64,000 bases of DNA from Antedon mediterranea (GCF_964355755.1 NC_092679.1:20381432-20445431), one strand, 5' to 3'; shown: positions 13,113 through 26,781, counted from the stretch's first letter. Notes: a model not told the origin generated them from the letters alone. Program-made: numbers and translations.

Positions 13113-15497
13113 GTGTGATGCAGCATGATTTTTTTTATAGTCCTGGTGTAAACGTTGCAGCAGAATGCTCGAAACATAGTTTGTGTTTTAATGCCATATT
13201 TGACAACGGATTGTCGTGTTTCCATATAATTTGTTTAGACGATAAACGCGTTTTTAAGTACGGTATGATACAGCATGATTTGTTGATAGTATAAACCTAT
13301 TCATTACTTTGTCAATTGCGTTGCACAGCAGAATGATCGACACATTTTAGTTTGTGTTTTATTGTTGCTAATGCCATATTTGACAACGGGTTGGTCGTGT
13401 TTAGACGCTAAACACGTTTAAGTATGATGCAGCATGATTTTTGATAGTGTAAACCTATTCATTGCTTTATCAATTACGTTGCATCAGAATGATCGAAACC
13501 CTTTAGTTTGTGTTCTATTGTCACTAATGTTATATTGCCATTATTAGACAAACATGATATTGTTTTCTCACCTTTATAATCTTTCATTGTTGGTAATGAC
13601 CATCAGCTAGACATGCATATTACAAAGCTCTAGTTATTATTGGTTCTTTTACAGCGGGCGTTTTGATTTTTTTGTGATTCCAGCTCAAGCGGTATGACAC
13701 GCCATATGTATGCCAAAATATTTTCTTCAAATCGCCGTTACAAAATAGACTACGTTATTCGATCATTATACATAGTTAGTCATCGATAGACCTACCGCAT
13801 CTGTTGTATCAGCAAATACTGTCATAGGTCATAAGTCTAGCATCTACACCTAACATTAACATACAGCCATCACATGTGATATATATGACTATGTAGTACA
13901 GAATTTGCCTATATCTTATTCTGATATTTTGTCATATGTGAAAGACAGGGATAAACGGAAATATTTAACAACAAATCAATCCACCTTTCAAATATCCATT
14001 CCGTTCTTCTTCTAACTCAAGTCCAAAATAATTAAATGAAACATTATTTTAGATGTATCTTTACTAATACAAACCAGACAGTTTGCTTTCCAACTTAGAC
14101 TGACGAAAGCGATTAAGATTTAGAAAATGTTTCAGTATTGTCAATTAGTGGCGATAGCCGGATTTCATCGTCATGTCCGACTAACTACATTCAGAGTTAT
14201 GTAGTCATATTTATGTTATATTAAACATCCAAATTTGTTACGTCATTCATTAAAGAAGTGGGTGATAAAAAGTAGCTATTCTTGTTAAATTATACAGTGT
14301 CATGACAAATCTCGTGATACAACGTCACATGTTGATCACATATCTCATAGGATCAATTTGCAAAAACGAAATTGAACGGAATACTTGTGTCGACCAATTA
14401 AAAAACATATACAGTACATAAAAATAGGAAATATATTCAATGTAATTTCCTCGCGATTTACACGCGTGTATAGTTCGCAAGAACAATATAAAACCCGAGG
14501 CATTAAAGCAATACTCGACATGTACTCGAAGAACACATAACACGAGTATTACATCCAACTAAGTGTTCGATAAAAAGATTTCATTAAGTGGAAACAATAC
14601 ATTATTTATTACCAATTTGGCGCATATGGAAAGAAAAAAAAACAGCTTAAAAATTAATTTGATTACGGTACCGTATGCATTAATTACCTGTACGTTCACA
14701 AAGTCGGTACCCTTAGATCTTCATTGATTAATAATTAAATAAAGCTAATTACTGGCGTAGAATACTATACAAGGTTATATGTCTGGACGGATTATACGAA
14801 CGGCTGTGTTTGAACTAACTTGCCAACGGGCCATATTATATATCAAATAAGAATGTGTTTAATTATATTTGATTATTATGTTGAAATAATTTCAGAAGAA
14901 CAACTATAAAATTGATAAATATAATCAACATAATCATCATCATCAAATTTTGGTATCCGAGCGGTGTGCACAAGGACCAAACTTAAAAGAGTAAAAGTCA
15001 CTCAAGATTTTCATAGAGTGAACTACTTCCTTCAATTGATAACAATTTTAGACAGTTTTAACCACTCTTAACGAGTGAAACTCGGAGTTCTAGAGTGGAA
15101 TTAACAGTTTCACTCTTAAATATAGCAAGTGACATTTCCACTCGTTTACCATAAGAGAGAGTATAGTAATACACTGATTAAAACATCGATTATGAAAGAA
15201 TGAATAAATGTGATGAAGACCTCAAATGTTCAAAGTTCGGATAAAACATTTAATGTGATATACGGAACAAATTATACTTTAGACCTACTTGATCGCGATA
15301 CGTATTCTAATTCCAAGTACCTGGTAAAACTGGAATTGTATGTCTTTCTTCTCTGATATAGATTATCGTGCCAGATCCGGTTCCGACATCAATTTGGCCA
15401 GCTGCGTACAAGCAAACATTATATACTATCTAAAATATTTTCGACCCATTAAAATAGAACAGAACACGGACACGTTTAGAAATCCCAATCTATTTCG

Positions 15498-15730
15498 GAT
15501 AATAAAGTGGTTATCTACACTATAAGGTGACTATAGACACGTTTATTTGATACACCCCACATCGAATATGAAACTACTGAGAATTAACTGCGGTACTAGT
15601 AATGTACGCATGTGCAGCGGATAATAAAGTTGTTTTCTACACTAAGCTATAGACATTTATTTAAAACACCACACGTCGAATATGAACCTTTTTAGAGTTG
15701 ACTGCGGTACCAGTAAAGTACGCATGCGCA
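15498..15730. repeat. Diverged ~120-bp direct duplication
   Basis: GGATAATAAAGT..CGAATATGAA..ACTGCGGTAC.AGTAA.GTACGCATG.GCA at ~15498 and ~15619. Confidence 0.75.
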
Positions 15731-18700
15731 AGAAACAAAAAGGAACAGATCTTTTTCGTAGAACAACCCGAAGTTCCGTTTTGCATTATACTAGAACTAG
15801 AGACATTGTTTATCAGCTAATTTCTAGTACTTTACCCAAAATAAACACGACTCCAGTAGATCTATTATTTTGCATTCCAGAGTTTTAAACTGTCTGCTGT
15901 ATAGGCCTATAGGCCTACATTGAATGAATTGAATTTGAATAAATGAATTGAATGGAAATGCTAAATTGCAATGAGTTGATACCGGGGATTCAGAAAAGTG
16001 CTTAGCAACAAAAGTATCTTAACAACTTTGTTTGAGGTGAATGATTTTCCAAAGTCAGGTTTTTTTAATTTAAAAAAAAAATCTTAGATTAGAAGTCTGT
16101 TCCATAAGATAAAAATAACTTCTTTGATAAAATGGTCTCATGTTTTAACTTTACAATATAATTTAATACGTTTTGGTTGTTGATTTTGCTATTTTATAAC
16201 ATAATACATAGTCACTTTGACCAAAACTTGGAGCGAACATAATTTATTTGCCCGATAATCCATAATTTAAAAGAAAAGAAATTGTTATTTTTTTCTCTTT
16301 TTATAAGTCATTATCTTTTTAAATTTGATTTTACTTACTCCTCTTTGAAGATACATCTTTAAATACTTTGAAAAATAGATCGATTTGAGATCAAGAATTT
16401 CATCTCCATTTCCATCAAATTCCATGAGAAAAACAACCTTTAAGATCCTTAGTAACTCTTCACCAACCAAGCGGTTAGTAATTACCAATTATAATATACT
16501 GTGACTTATACCTTTGAAATAATTATTAATGAAATACAATCGAATTATAATTACGCTTTATTTTCCGCCAAATCATCATCTCAGAACTAATATCCCCATT
16601 CAGTGAAGTATGGTAGCTTTTAAAAACAAGCGTGGTAAAGGGCGCCACACTTTTAATCGATGAATGCTATAACCAATGAAGTGAGAATATAAGGAATCAT
16701 CTTAAGATCATCAGAGTTCTTCATGGTTGCATTTTCATGACACAAATAAAATTATTTACTAATAATTATCACACTTGTAAAGTTTGATTTCATTGCCGTT
16801 TTGGGTATTACAGTTATTTTTAAAGGAAATTGGATAATTATTAAGGATACTTTTGTCGTTAAATTGATAGTTGTTATTGAAGAGATTTACAGTTTGTTTA
16901 CTCAAAGGTGGAATAATAATGATTCCAATGGAAATTTACCATAAGAACGGTCAAGGGTCATCATAAATAAAAACAACATTTTTGTTTTATACTTCAGAAG
17001 TTACGTAAAATAGGTGTTTTTTTAGTAAAAAGTAATTTGACTCTCTGCGTTTTAGTATTCAGTAAAGATATCTTTTAATCTGACGCATGTTATAGAGACT
17101 ACTGTCCCTAACCAATTCTACAATAAAAAGGTAAAGACCGAAATTTCCGTCTTTGGCGGTCTGGCGATGTGTTTCTAAAGACGGAGATTTCCGTTTTTGG
17201 CGGTGAAAGTGAATGCACAATCAACGATTGTTTTCTACCAGGCAGAACCTAACATTTGGAAAACTTGCTTTAAAGTTTAGAAGATAAATTATACCCATTT
17301 ACCGCCAGAAAACAACAGTAATAACACAACCAGTGTTTCTTCTAAAGAGAGTATAGGATATTTTAAATAAATACATTCACGTAGAAAGTATTAAATTACT
17401 ACGTATATTCAAAGTTACTATGGACACTTGTTAATTTCGTTTCAAAATCATTAGAGCTGAAACCCGATGATGATAATATGAGGGCAAGCAATCGTTCCAT
17501 TGGGAACAAGCAGACATGTAATACAACAAACGTAGGCGCGTATTTCATCAAGAAATAATTAGTTACAATAATGACTGCACTACTCTTACAAACCATCGAT
17601 TTTTCAGTGAGATGCTCTGATCTTGGCGGTTTGGACGTGCTTATGTGGCGCCAAGATGAACTGTCTGCGCATTTACCTGGTTGCTTGCTATTTATGCAAA
17701 GTCACGATTCCCATGTTTTCCCGCCATTTAACCAATTCAGTTACATTATGTACATTTCCTGCTAGATATCGAATTATTCGTACAAATTTATGTTTTGTGT
17801 TCATTAATTGATAGTTATAAATCGAAGACTTCCTTGCTATCAAGGTTACTGCCAACATAACAACCGGTGGATTAAAGAATAATAATGAAGTCCAAGAAAA
17901 TATACACACTCATTATTAATAAAAAATAACGTTAGAGTTTTTAATTTTAGTTTGAATAATTTGAAGTTGTTTTCAATTCAACTTTGAAATTACTCTAGTA
18001 GTTATATCGTTATCTACAGTCATTCATAATTGGAACTTTATTTGTAATAAAAACTAATATTTCTCGACTTAGCAAATATATTAGGAAATTATATTTCGAG
18101 ACAAATATAGGGTGGTTTTAATCAATCATTCCAATTTATTTTCTCCTTTTTTCTCATTAAGACTTAATTTTAATTAAAATAATTCTCCTTTAAAATGACA
18201 TATTAATAGGCATACGTATTACTTAGATTGCGGTGGTCATTTCTCATCTAATCAGGTTGATCAAACACGAAATGGCAAATTTTATGAAAATTTAATCCTG
18301 TTTTTTTTTGTCGACTTTAATTACATTCTGCAGTTATATGCGTTTAAGCATTTCAAATGATTTTATTTACTCGAGTCATCTTCAACCACGTCATGATATT
18401 TGTGTGGATGAGTTTTGGATAGGGTAATACAACATCATCTATTGTGCTTTTGATATTTGTTCTATTGTGCTCAGGTAGGTAAATCCGTTATTTATTAGAT
18501 TATGTTGAAAATATAGAAAGTGCTGGGTGGTTTGAACGCGGTGGTATCGTAGTCGTTTGATCTGTTTATCCACTAGAGATAGCCTGCATAGAACCGAGTG
18601 AAGCAGAAGATTTTTTACTATGATCACTTGACCACTCTGGTACCCCTGAGTTAAACTCTGATATAGGCCGACATCTGGTGATTCCCTAAGTCTGTACTTA

Positions 18701-19930
18701 TTGTATTTTTTATGTTAGTCCACCAGTCGGTGTTTCGGCGTTTCGATTTTTGTCTGAAAACTACAATGTGAAAATGTGAGCTCAAGTATTATACATATGA
18801 AACGCCATATGTGCCAAAATATTTATCTTTTTACTAATTCTGGTCTAGAACCTAGACTAGCATAGTGTGCGTCACGTGTCAGGTAGGGCCTAAGTAAGCC
18901 TATTCAAATTGAGCTAGAATTTTAGAATGTATAAATGTATCAGTTTTTTTTATTCTTGCTTATGTTGTTTTACCAATATACTCATACTTGTTTAGCCTAC
19001 AAATTACTGCAAATTTAGGTAATGTTTCAGATAAGCCCAAAAACTTACGCCCTCTTTAAAATAAAAAGTACTTATGAACTTATAGGGGGCAGTATTGAAA
19101 TACAACATAAAGTTAAGCTTCGTCGCCGAAAATGCGGCTTCAAAGTGCTTTTAATCATTTGTACACTCTCCATATGTCTTGTACACAACTGTTACACACA
19201 AGAGGGTCTTTTACTTTCAATTAGCTAGGCTAAGCTGACCCATCCTGAGTGTTATCCGGTGCTTTGTCTTTAGCCCCGCCGTCGAACAGCCTATAATTTA
19301 AAGCGTTCACCAAGAGAAAGTGGACAAATTTGAGTTCCCAATGGGCCAATTTCACAAATCTTAAAACTAAGCAAAATATTATTTTACTTTTAGTAATAGG
19401 CTAGATAAATCAGGATGTTTATATTTTTTAAACGGATTAAAATCTGGTAAATATTTTGACCGAAACATTTTCTAACGACCACTTTAAAGCAACAGTACGT
19501 TTCAGTTTGTTTCTTAATCCTACATCTGTTATATCTTCGGCGGAGACAAGATGCAAGAAGTCGCCTCAATTATCCTTAATTTTATTGGTTAATGTCTTCA
19601 AATGATACCGATGACGTCATAAAGCAATATAGCCGTTATGCTTTGTAATATTGTTTGTGATATAGACATTCATTAGCCGCCATTGGGCACTCTGATGATG
19701 TCTGATTATTCGTACTTTGTCGCCTAATTTTTCATGTTTCATCTGTCTATTATAATTTGGAAAATCAAGCCACACAGTAGTTTAATTGAGTGCAGTTAGT
19801 ATGGTAATTAATGGACAGATCAAGACGTGTTTGTGCTGAACGTTAAATTAAACTTATTGCGAATAACAGTGTAAATTGAAAATAAATTCCAAAAAAGATT
19901 ATGGCAATAGTTGGCGTTTAAAAACAATAA

Positions 19931-20187
19931 GGCTCTGTCTACACCATCAAACTAGTTTGACAAAAGGAGTGGGATGTGCCCAAATATAGTAGTGATATGC
20001 TTAAATATGGCAGTGATATGACATCATCGGGTCCTCTATCGGCACATCACATTTTTAGTCGTTTTACTCTACACCTCACTATGTCGGTCGGTCGGTTGGT
20101 AAACACTAACTCAAATTTGAGCATGCGATTGCAGCCATGTATATAGCCTTGTTTTGTCACATGAAGTTTGATAGTGTAGACAGAGCT
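19931..20187. mobile_element. Harbinger MITE family 1 copy carrying a nested Helentron-like MITE (20052-20153)
   Basis: TAA-GGCTCTGTCTACAC..GTGTAGACAGAGCT-TAA; insertion sits in the internal T-run. Confidence 0.78.
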
Positions 20188-20721
20188 TAAGCATATTTTT
20201 TTTTTAACACAAAATCATTACCAAATACGTCATCGATACGCGCATTTCAAAATCACTGACGCGTGAAAACGTCGTTTCTTCAATTCATTGCGTTTTAATT
20301 CGCGTTCATTTCCAGTAATTTTGAAATGTTAACGCATCGTAGCACTTACCATAATAATGCTTCAGACATAATTATTCGTTTTGTTGACGGAACAATAGAA
20401 CATAAACGACAAATTGAGATGTTTGATTCCGTTAAATGTTCGTTGAATTGCATCCGGAAATTGCTTCCTTTACCACAAACATTTGTCTTAGTGTATTGAA
20501 CTCATTCCTCATTGATTATTTAGCCTACTTTTATTGAGGTAATTGGCAAATTGTAACCATTTTTTTCTCGATGATTGTGCGTAATTAAAGAAACAATATC
20601 GTCTGCAAGAAATATTAAATTATCACTATTATATCAATTTCAGTAATTACAACAATCACGGACATCCTCGCGTATCACCGTCATTGTCACAAACGTGTTT
20701 TTTACTCCTCCTCATCAGCAG

Positions 20722-20722
<1 letters not shown>

Positions 20723-20750
<28 letters not shown>
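20723..20750. repeat. (CAT)n microsatellite
   Basis: Directly visible. Confidence 0.9.
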
Positions 20751-20752
<2 letters not shown>

Positions 20753-21394
20753 CATGATTGTTGTCAAAATCATCAGTTATATCATTCTTGTTTGGAAGTC
20801 TCTATCAAATGTTTTTTAGGATAATGTTTTATCACTCTGGTTTAATTTGGTATGCATGTAAGTGTGTATTATTATTGATAAATATTGATAAATGCTGATT
20901 GACTTGATTTGGATTATCATTTGGTATCACTGACATATTCTATATATCTCGGTATCTTTATTTCAATTAAATAAAAACATCAAAACAATTCAAAGGCAAA
21001 TAAAAATCTGCTGCAGCCAAAAACGCTGGATTGAGGAATTTTTACAAAAGGCCTTTACACCAAAAAAGGCCTTTCATTTTAAAATCTACACCATTATCTA
21101 CACATACAGAACTTCAATTTGAGTTAGAACATGCTTGTTTGATGTAATTTTGCATAATTATATTAATTAATTGCTGTAACTAGTAATTGTGTGGTGAAGT
21201 CTCATCATCATTACTGTTCTACGCTGAAGAGAACTGCAATTGTTCTGTTGGTTGGTTCCACAAGAAACCATAAAGAAAGATATTGTTTAACTGTTTGCTT
21301 GATGGCGAATAAACACCAGTGTGCTGATTTGGTAGGCGCTGCACTGCTGGCTACCGTGGGTCCGTGAAGAGCCTAATCAGAATTTTCCAGTTAA

Positions 21395-21943
21395 AGATGT
21401 ATTGTCCCTTGAAACAGAAAAAATAAAAAAATAAATATTCTAAATTTAAACTGGCGATATCAAAGTAATATTAAAGTTATTCACTTTAAGTTGAAAATTC
21501 GAGCCAAAAACAACAAGTTTACGTAATTAACAGGTAAATTAATTAGATTACATTTCGTCTGGGAAATCGTTGCAAGCGAAAGTAAACAAAGATTTCAAAC
21601 CATGAGTATGCATAATGCATGATGCTAATTAGGATTGTTTTCAACTCGTCACGGTTGAGAAGGTGTTTTCACACAGATCGCGAGGAAGTTTTATGATTAT
21701 GCATACAGAGTAGCCAAACAAGCGCGTTGCATTATGAGATATGTTTTGATTGAAAACTTTGACTGGAAGTCAAAGTTATTTTTTGAACAAAAAAACATCT
21801 GTATTTCGGTTAAATTATTTTTTTCCTCGACAAATTGTTGGTGAAAGTTAATAACTATTATGATACTTCAAAATGACCCACCTTTTTTCAAAATTTAAAA
21901 AAAAATAATTTTTTTTGGAATTAGTCAAAGGGACAATACATCT
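21395..21943. mobile_element. TTAA-targeting MITE (Kolobok/T2-like), inserted in a SINE tail
   Basis: TTAA-AGATGTATTGTCCCTT..AAGGGACAATACATCT-TTAA; near-identical copy at 48281-48827. Confidence 0.82.
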
Positions 21944-23644
21944 TTAAGCTTGAGGACCATAATAATACATTTAACATTTTAACATTTTAAGTGTAAAGTT
22001 AGGTTTGCGGTACACCAGTGGAAATAATGTATGGTTGAAAATGTATCGATGGATCGGTTACAAAAAAGAAACGCCGCTAGAAGTAAACTTTAAGTTTGGG
22101 GTTCTCTAAAACTATAATTAATATAATGTTTCAATTGACGAGACGAGACCCATTTTATTGTTTGTTTGTACAACGTACTTTACCAATAATCATGTAATTC
22201 GAGTTTACAAGCTGCGAACGAGCAATTACTTGGAAACATTAATGTGATCAGTTAAAAGCAAGCAATAACCATTTACTTAAATGATTCATAAACATACTGA
22301 TGATTTATTTGAGATTAAATGGGATAATCCAATAATTCATTCGAAATCCAACTTTATCAGAATTTAACGACATTCGCTTCGTGTAAAATACGAAATAAGT
22401 TAATGTCTTGATGCGATTTAAATCACCGTGTTTACGGAAAGGAATAAAAACGGATAAAATGTTCAGACGGTTCTTTGCGTTTGACATTTTGATTGAAAAT
22501 GTTCCCATCAATGTTTTTGTTAGGAAGTTTAAGATAGAGATCACATGATCGCCTACGTATCTAAAATGACATGATTTTATTTGTTTTTTTCTCATCGCAC
22601 TTTTCATTTACTTGCCAAAATACTTACAAAGAATTTGTCAATATTTGACCTACTTGCTTTGTACGAATGCACTGTATTAATTGTTTTCACGAAAACTTTC
22701 ACAATTTTCAACTTATAGTACTGATTTTTTCTATTTTGCAATAGCTATATTGATACCAACATACCATGCCTATTTATTTTCACGAAATCGATATATCGGT
22801 GACGTCACAAAAGTTTTTTTTGTAATCTCGAGTTATCTGTACCTTTAATAAGGGCTGGATTAGTAAATAGCACGCCATCTATCGTTCTGTGCATTTTACC
22901 AAGTATTCTGCTCAGTTACTTATCGCTTTATTTACTTTATTTATTACTCATTTCGAAATAATCGTTTGTATATACTTTCCTTTTGTCAATTGAACAATTA
23001 AAATATCGAGTGTTTCGAAGTTATTTCTATGTTTTTGGACGATTTAGATATTCTTACTTTTACTTTTACATTTGGAGTAGAAAAATGGCAAAAAGGCTTC
23101 CTACTTTCTAGGAGCTTTATCAGATATTCTATATTGCCATTTTTCCTCTAACTGTAGAGAGAATCGTGCATCTTTAAATAAAAGTTAACCGGTTCGTATT
23201 TTACTCATAGCTGATATGAATAATTGGTGATGTAGGCCCCTATTACATTGTAGTGATATATCTTCGAGGAAATCAATAGTGCTTACCTTCCGCAGCTAAA
23301 GGTTGCTTCATATTTTATTGCCGCATTTTATATTTTAGCAAATTTCAATTTAACTGCTAAATTCATATTGGTGTTACTTATAATTTTAACCTACATCTGC
23401 TCTTAGTCTTAAATGTTAAATGAATTACGAGCTTTAAAAATCTAGAGAAAAAAAAACTTCAACATGGCGTTCCTTCTACGTTTAGAAAATGCACTAGAAC
23501 ATGGTATTGTTCCAATAAGAACATTTCCACAGAGTAGAAAGTTTCCATTTAGCCTAAAGACGGGTTGTTTTACAAAATGTTTTTCCTTAGAGTTTGTTGG
23601 TAAATAATAGGGTACACAATCAAGGTTTCATTAATACATTATCC

Positions 23645-23755
23645 ACTATATCCAAAGATGTGCCCAAATATGGTAGTGATATTACATCATCATGTCCATT
23701 ATATGGGCACATCACATTATTTTGTCATATACTGTTTGATAGTGTAGACTGAGCT
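23645..23755. mobile_element. Harbinger MITE family 1, partial copy ~100 bp upstream of the receptor exon
   Basis: GATGTGCCCAAATATGGTAGTGAT..TTTGATAGTGTAGACTGAGCT. Confidence 0.7.
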
Positions 23756-23863
23756 TATGACATCCGCTCATGAATGCTTCTTCTTCATTTTAAACTGATT
23801 TAATCGCTTTAATTGAATTTAGAATAATGAATATTTCTTTTCCCTTTTCAGACGTAAAGAACA

Positions 23864-25576
23864 ATGACAGATATAGTGACCGGAACCTGGCCAAGTACAG
23901 ACACATTTACATCATTTAACTTTACAGAACCAACCACCAAAGCAGCTACAGAAGTATTTACAAAGGGGATTATTACAACAGAAACAGAATATGATCGTTT
24001 CCCAAATCATGAACATTCATGGCACGTGATGTTCATAATTATCGCCTGCATCTTTATCAGTGTATTCACATTTACCGCTAATGTGATGGTATGGATGTCC
24101 TTTTATATGGACAAACAATTACAAGTTGTGAACAACTATTTCTTATTGAGTTTGTCAGTAGCTGATATGATCATTGCTTCAATCTCTATGCCACTTTACA
24201 CGGTGTACATTGTGAAATCTTGGACGCTAGGCCCAATAGTCTGTGACATCTGGTTAAGTATTGACTACGTGGCTTCCAATGCGTCTGTTATGAACCTGGT
24301 TGTGATATGTTTCGATAGGTACTTTTCTATAACTAAGCCTCTGACTTACCGGGCTAACAGGACACCTAGAAAGGCAAAAATAATGATTACAACTGCTTGG
24401 AGTATATCAATCTTAGTTTGGATTCCTCTTATTATTGGTTGGCCGCGTTGGAATAAAAGAACCGTAGATGAAAATGATTGTTATATACAATTTTTATCTG
24501 AAGGAAAAACACTATCAACTGTACTGAACGTTGTTACAATTAGTATAGCGTTTTATTTACCGGTTATGCTGATGTGTTATATATATTATAGGATCTGGCG
24601 CGAAACGGAAAAGCGTTCGAAAGAGCTACGTCATTTGCAGGCGGGAGAGAGCACGGAGCACGCGCCTTCAAAACGATTGTTGTCTGACGGAGACGACGAA
24701 GAAGAGAATGTGCAAAAGTCATGGAAAAAGAAATTATTGTGTTATTCCGAGGTAGGAGTTGATGATGAGTTAGAGGACAGTAGTGATGGAACATCACCGC
24801 CCCTTCCGAGCACGAGCACGTCGACAACGAATACATCTAGCACAAAATCTCGCAATACGATTAACTTATCGCCAAAATCTTCCCCTAGCCAAAATCAACG
24901 AAACGGTAATTTTCTTACCTGTGATAATTTAGACAATAACTTTGCTGCTTCGCTTTATACAATTCTAATTAAGCTTCCAGATGAACATTCCAAAAATGAG
25001 AATGAAAATGTACCTAAGATAACTATGGTGGAGTATACGCGAACGCCACCTCCTACGATTCTACAGCATAAAGACAGTGGTGCCAAAGTATCGACGTCTG
25101 CTGACCACCATCTTACGTCAAGCAGACCATCGTCTATATGTGTTCCTTCAAACTCAAGAGCTGGTCATTCTAATTTAAGTATGAGTGCTATTACTGCCGT
25201 TAAGACGGCCGCGACAAAAGCCAAAGCAACAAACGCGGTGAAAAAGAAACGAACTGTTTTGATTCGTGAGAAGAAAGCGGCCCGGACGCTTATCGCCATT
25301 TTGCTAGCGTTCATCATAACATGGACTCCGTATAGTGTGTTAGTTCTTGTAAATGCTATGAAACCTGACGGGGTGAATAGCAGACTGTATTCTGTATCAT
25401 ACTGGGGTTGCTATTTAAACAGTACCATTAACCCTATATGCTACGCACTGTGCAATATGAACTTCCGACGCGCGTTTAAACAAATTTTAACGTGCAAGTT
25501 CCAAAAGAAGCATCAACGCATGCGCATAAAGCAACTCCAAATACGGTCAAAGGAACGAATGAGTTCTTCTCGATGA
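23864..25576 (+). CDS. Muscarinic acetylcholine receptor (A-type/M1-M3-M5-like class A GPCR), single coding exon, 570 aa
   Basis: 7TM ORF with muscarinic signatures: NNYFLLSLSVADMII (TM2), CDIWLSIDYVASNASVMNL..FDRYFSITKPLTYRA.RT (TM3 Asp/DRY), AFYLPV (TM5), long Ser/Thr-rich ICL3, EKKAARTL (Gq-type), WTPY (TM6), YW.CY.NSTINP.CYALCN (TM7). Splice acceptor ttttcag ends at 23851, 12 nt before the ATG. Confidence 0.96.
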   Translation: MTDIVTGTWPSTDTFTSFNFTEPTTKAATEVFTKGIITTETEYDRFPNHEHSWHVMFIIIACIFISVFTFTANVMVWMSFYMDKQLQVVNNYFLLSLSVADMIIASISMPLYTVYIVKSWTLGPIVCDIWLSIDYVASNASVMNLVVICFDRYFSITKPLTYRANRTPRKAKIMITTAWSISILVWIPLIIGWPRWNKRTVDENDCYIQFLSEGKTLSTVLNVVTISIAFYLPVMLMCYIYYRIWRETEKRSKELRHLQAGESTEHAPSKRLLSDGDDEEENVQKSWKKKLLCYSEVGVDDELEDSSDGTSPPLPSTSTSTTNTSSTKSRNTINLSPKSSPSQNQRNGNFLTCDNLDNNFAASLYTILIKLPDEHSKNENENVPKITMVEYTRTPPPTILQHKDSGAKVSTSADHHLTSSRPSSICVPSNSRAGHSNLSMSAITAVKTAATKAKATNAVKKKRTVLIREKKAARTLIAILLAFIITWTPYSVLVLVNAMKPDGVNSRLYSVSYWGCYLNSTINPICYALCNMNFRRAFKQILTCKFQKKHQRMRIKQLQIRSKERMSSSR

Positions 25577-26630
25577 TTTATCACAAACTGTTTAAAATAA
25601 TATAATGTCATTATGAATATTGTTAATACGTTTTATATAAATTCTGTGAATTGTGTGATTTGTTATTGATTTTAAACCCGTTAGAAATAATATATGCCTT
25701 CTTTTGAGGTAAAAATAGGTTTTCAAATTCCCTATAGGCCTATATAAAGGAGACGCCTTCATAATCGTCAATGCACCCTACCTGTTGGATAGTATAATCG
25801 ATATTCAAACACGACAAAAGTATGTCTTATTCGGCTCAATGTACACATAAAAATCTTTGCTTCATTCCTCCTATTATAATGGAACATCGGTAAAAAACAC
25901 TGTTTTGAACTATTTTTGGTTTGACTCAAAATGTTACTGAAATTGTTTTGTAACGTGTAAAAAACTGAATCAAATTGTCAAATTATTTTCTTTTCTTTTC
26001 AGTAGGTTGATAATAATATAATATAAAATGATATCGAATAACAATATTAAATATTATTTTTAACAAATAGAGAGAAAAATTCTTGAAAATATACTTAAGA
26101 ATTAAGCATTAAATATATATTTACACGAAACCAAACTATTTCACTATCGCCAATGCTAAATGAAGACCTGGCTTGTTGTCCTTTTGATAGCAGATCAGTG
26201 TTGTATATTTAGATTCGAACCCTTGTCTTGGTGGTTCACATGACCTGCTCCACTAAGCACAGACGCATCCGATGTCCTCTAGTGATAAAACACATTACAT
26301 TTATATATGTGATGTTAGAATGTTTACATTACCAAAACCATATTTGTGCTACTGTTTAATGATATTAACAATTGTTGAATTGAAATTTACTTAATTTATG
26401 ATCAGGACTTGTTTATAATACATACACAATTAATTTATAATTAGATTACAATTCAAACAGGCTGACGTCTGACGAAACCATAATGTATATAATATGGTGA
26501 ACAATTATTGTGTAATATTGACCGACTTTATTTATTTATCTGTATTGTGTATTATCAATGTATTCACCGTATTGCTGCAGATTTTTGATAATTTTTGTTT
26601 TAATTAATTCAAATATTATGAATATGTGTA

Positions 26631-26633
<3 letters not shown>

Positions 26634-26670
<37 letters not shown>
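26634..26670. repeat. (TA)n microsatellite
   Basis: Directly visible. Confidence 0.9.
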
Positions 26671-26671
<1 letters not shown>

Positions 26672-26781
26672 AACACATTAGGCAAAGAACATTAATTCTA
26701 AACCGCCCGGTGATATACTGAAATTTAATTAATTAATTTGAAACGATAAAGATGAGGAAATCTGTGAGAATGAGAAAAAGT

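Noticed and set aside
14095-14140. CTGACGA...GAAA possible second hammerhead
   Set aside because: No convincing stem II or stem I pairing.
16285-16488. 67-aa minus-strand ORF, possible decayed retroelement fragment
   Set aside because: No recognisable motif; cannot be supported without a search.
24564-24836. 90-aa antisense ORF within the receptor
   Set aside because: Opposite-strand shadow of a real CDS.
26205-26275. Degenerate tRNA-like B box on the minus strand (similar weak head near 52490-52540)
   Set aside because: No cloverleaf; at most old SINE remnants.
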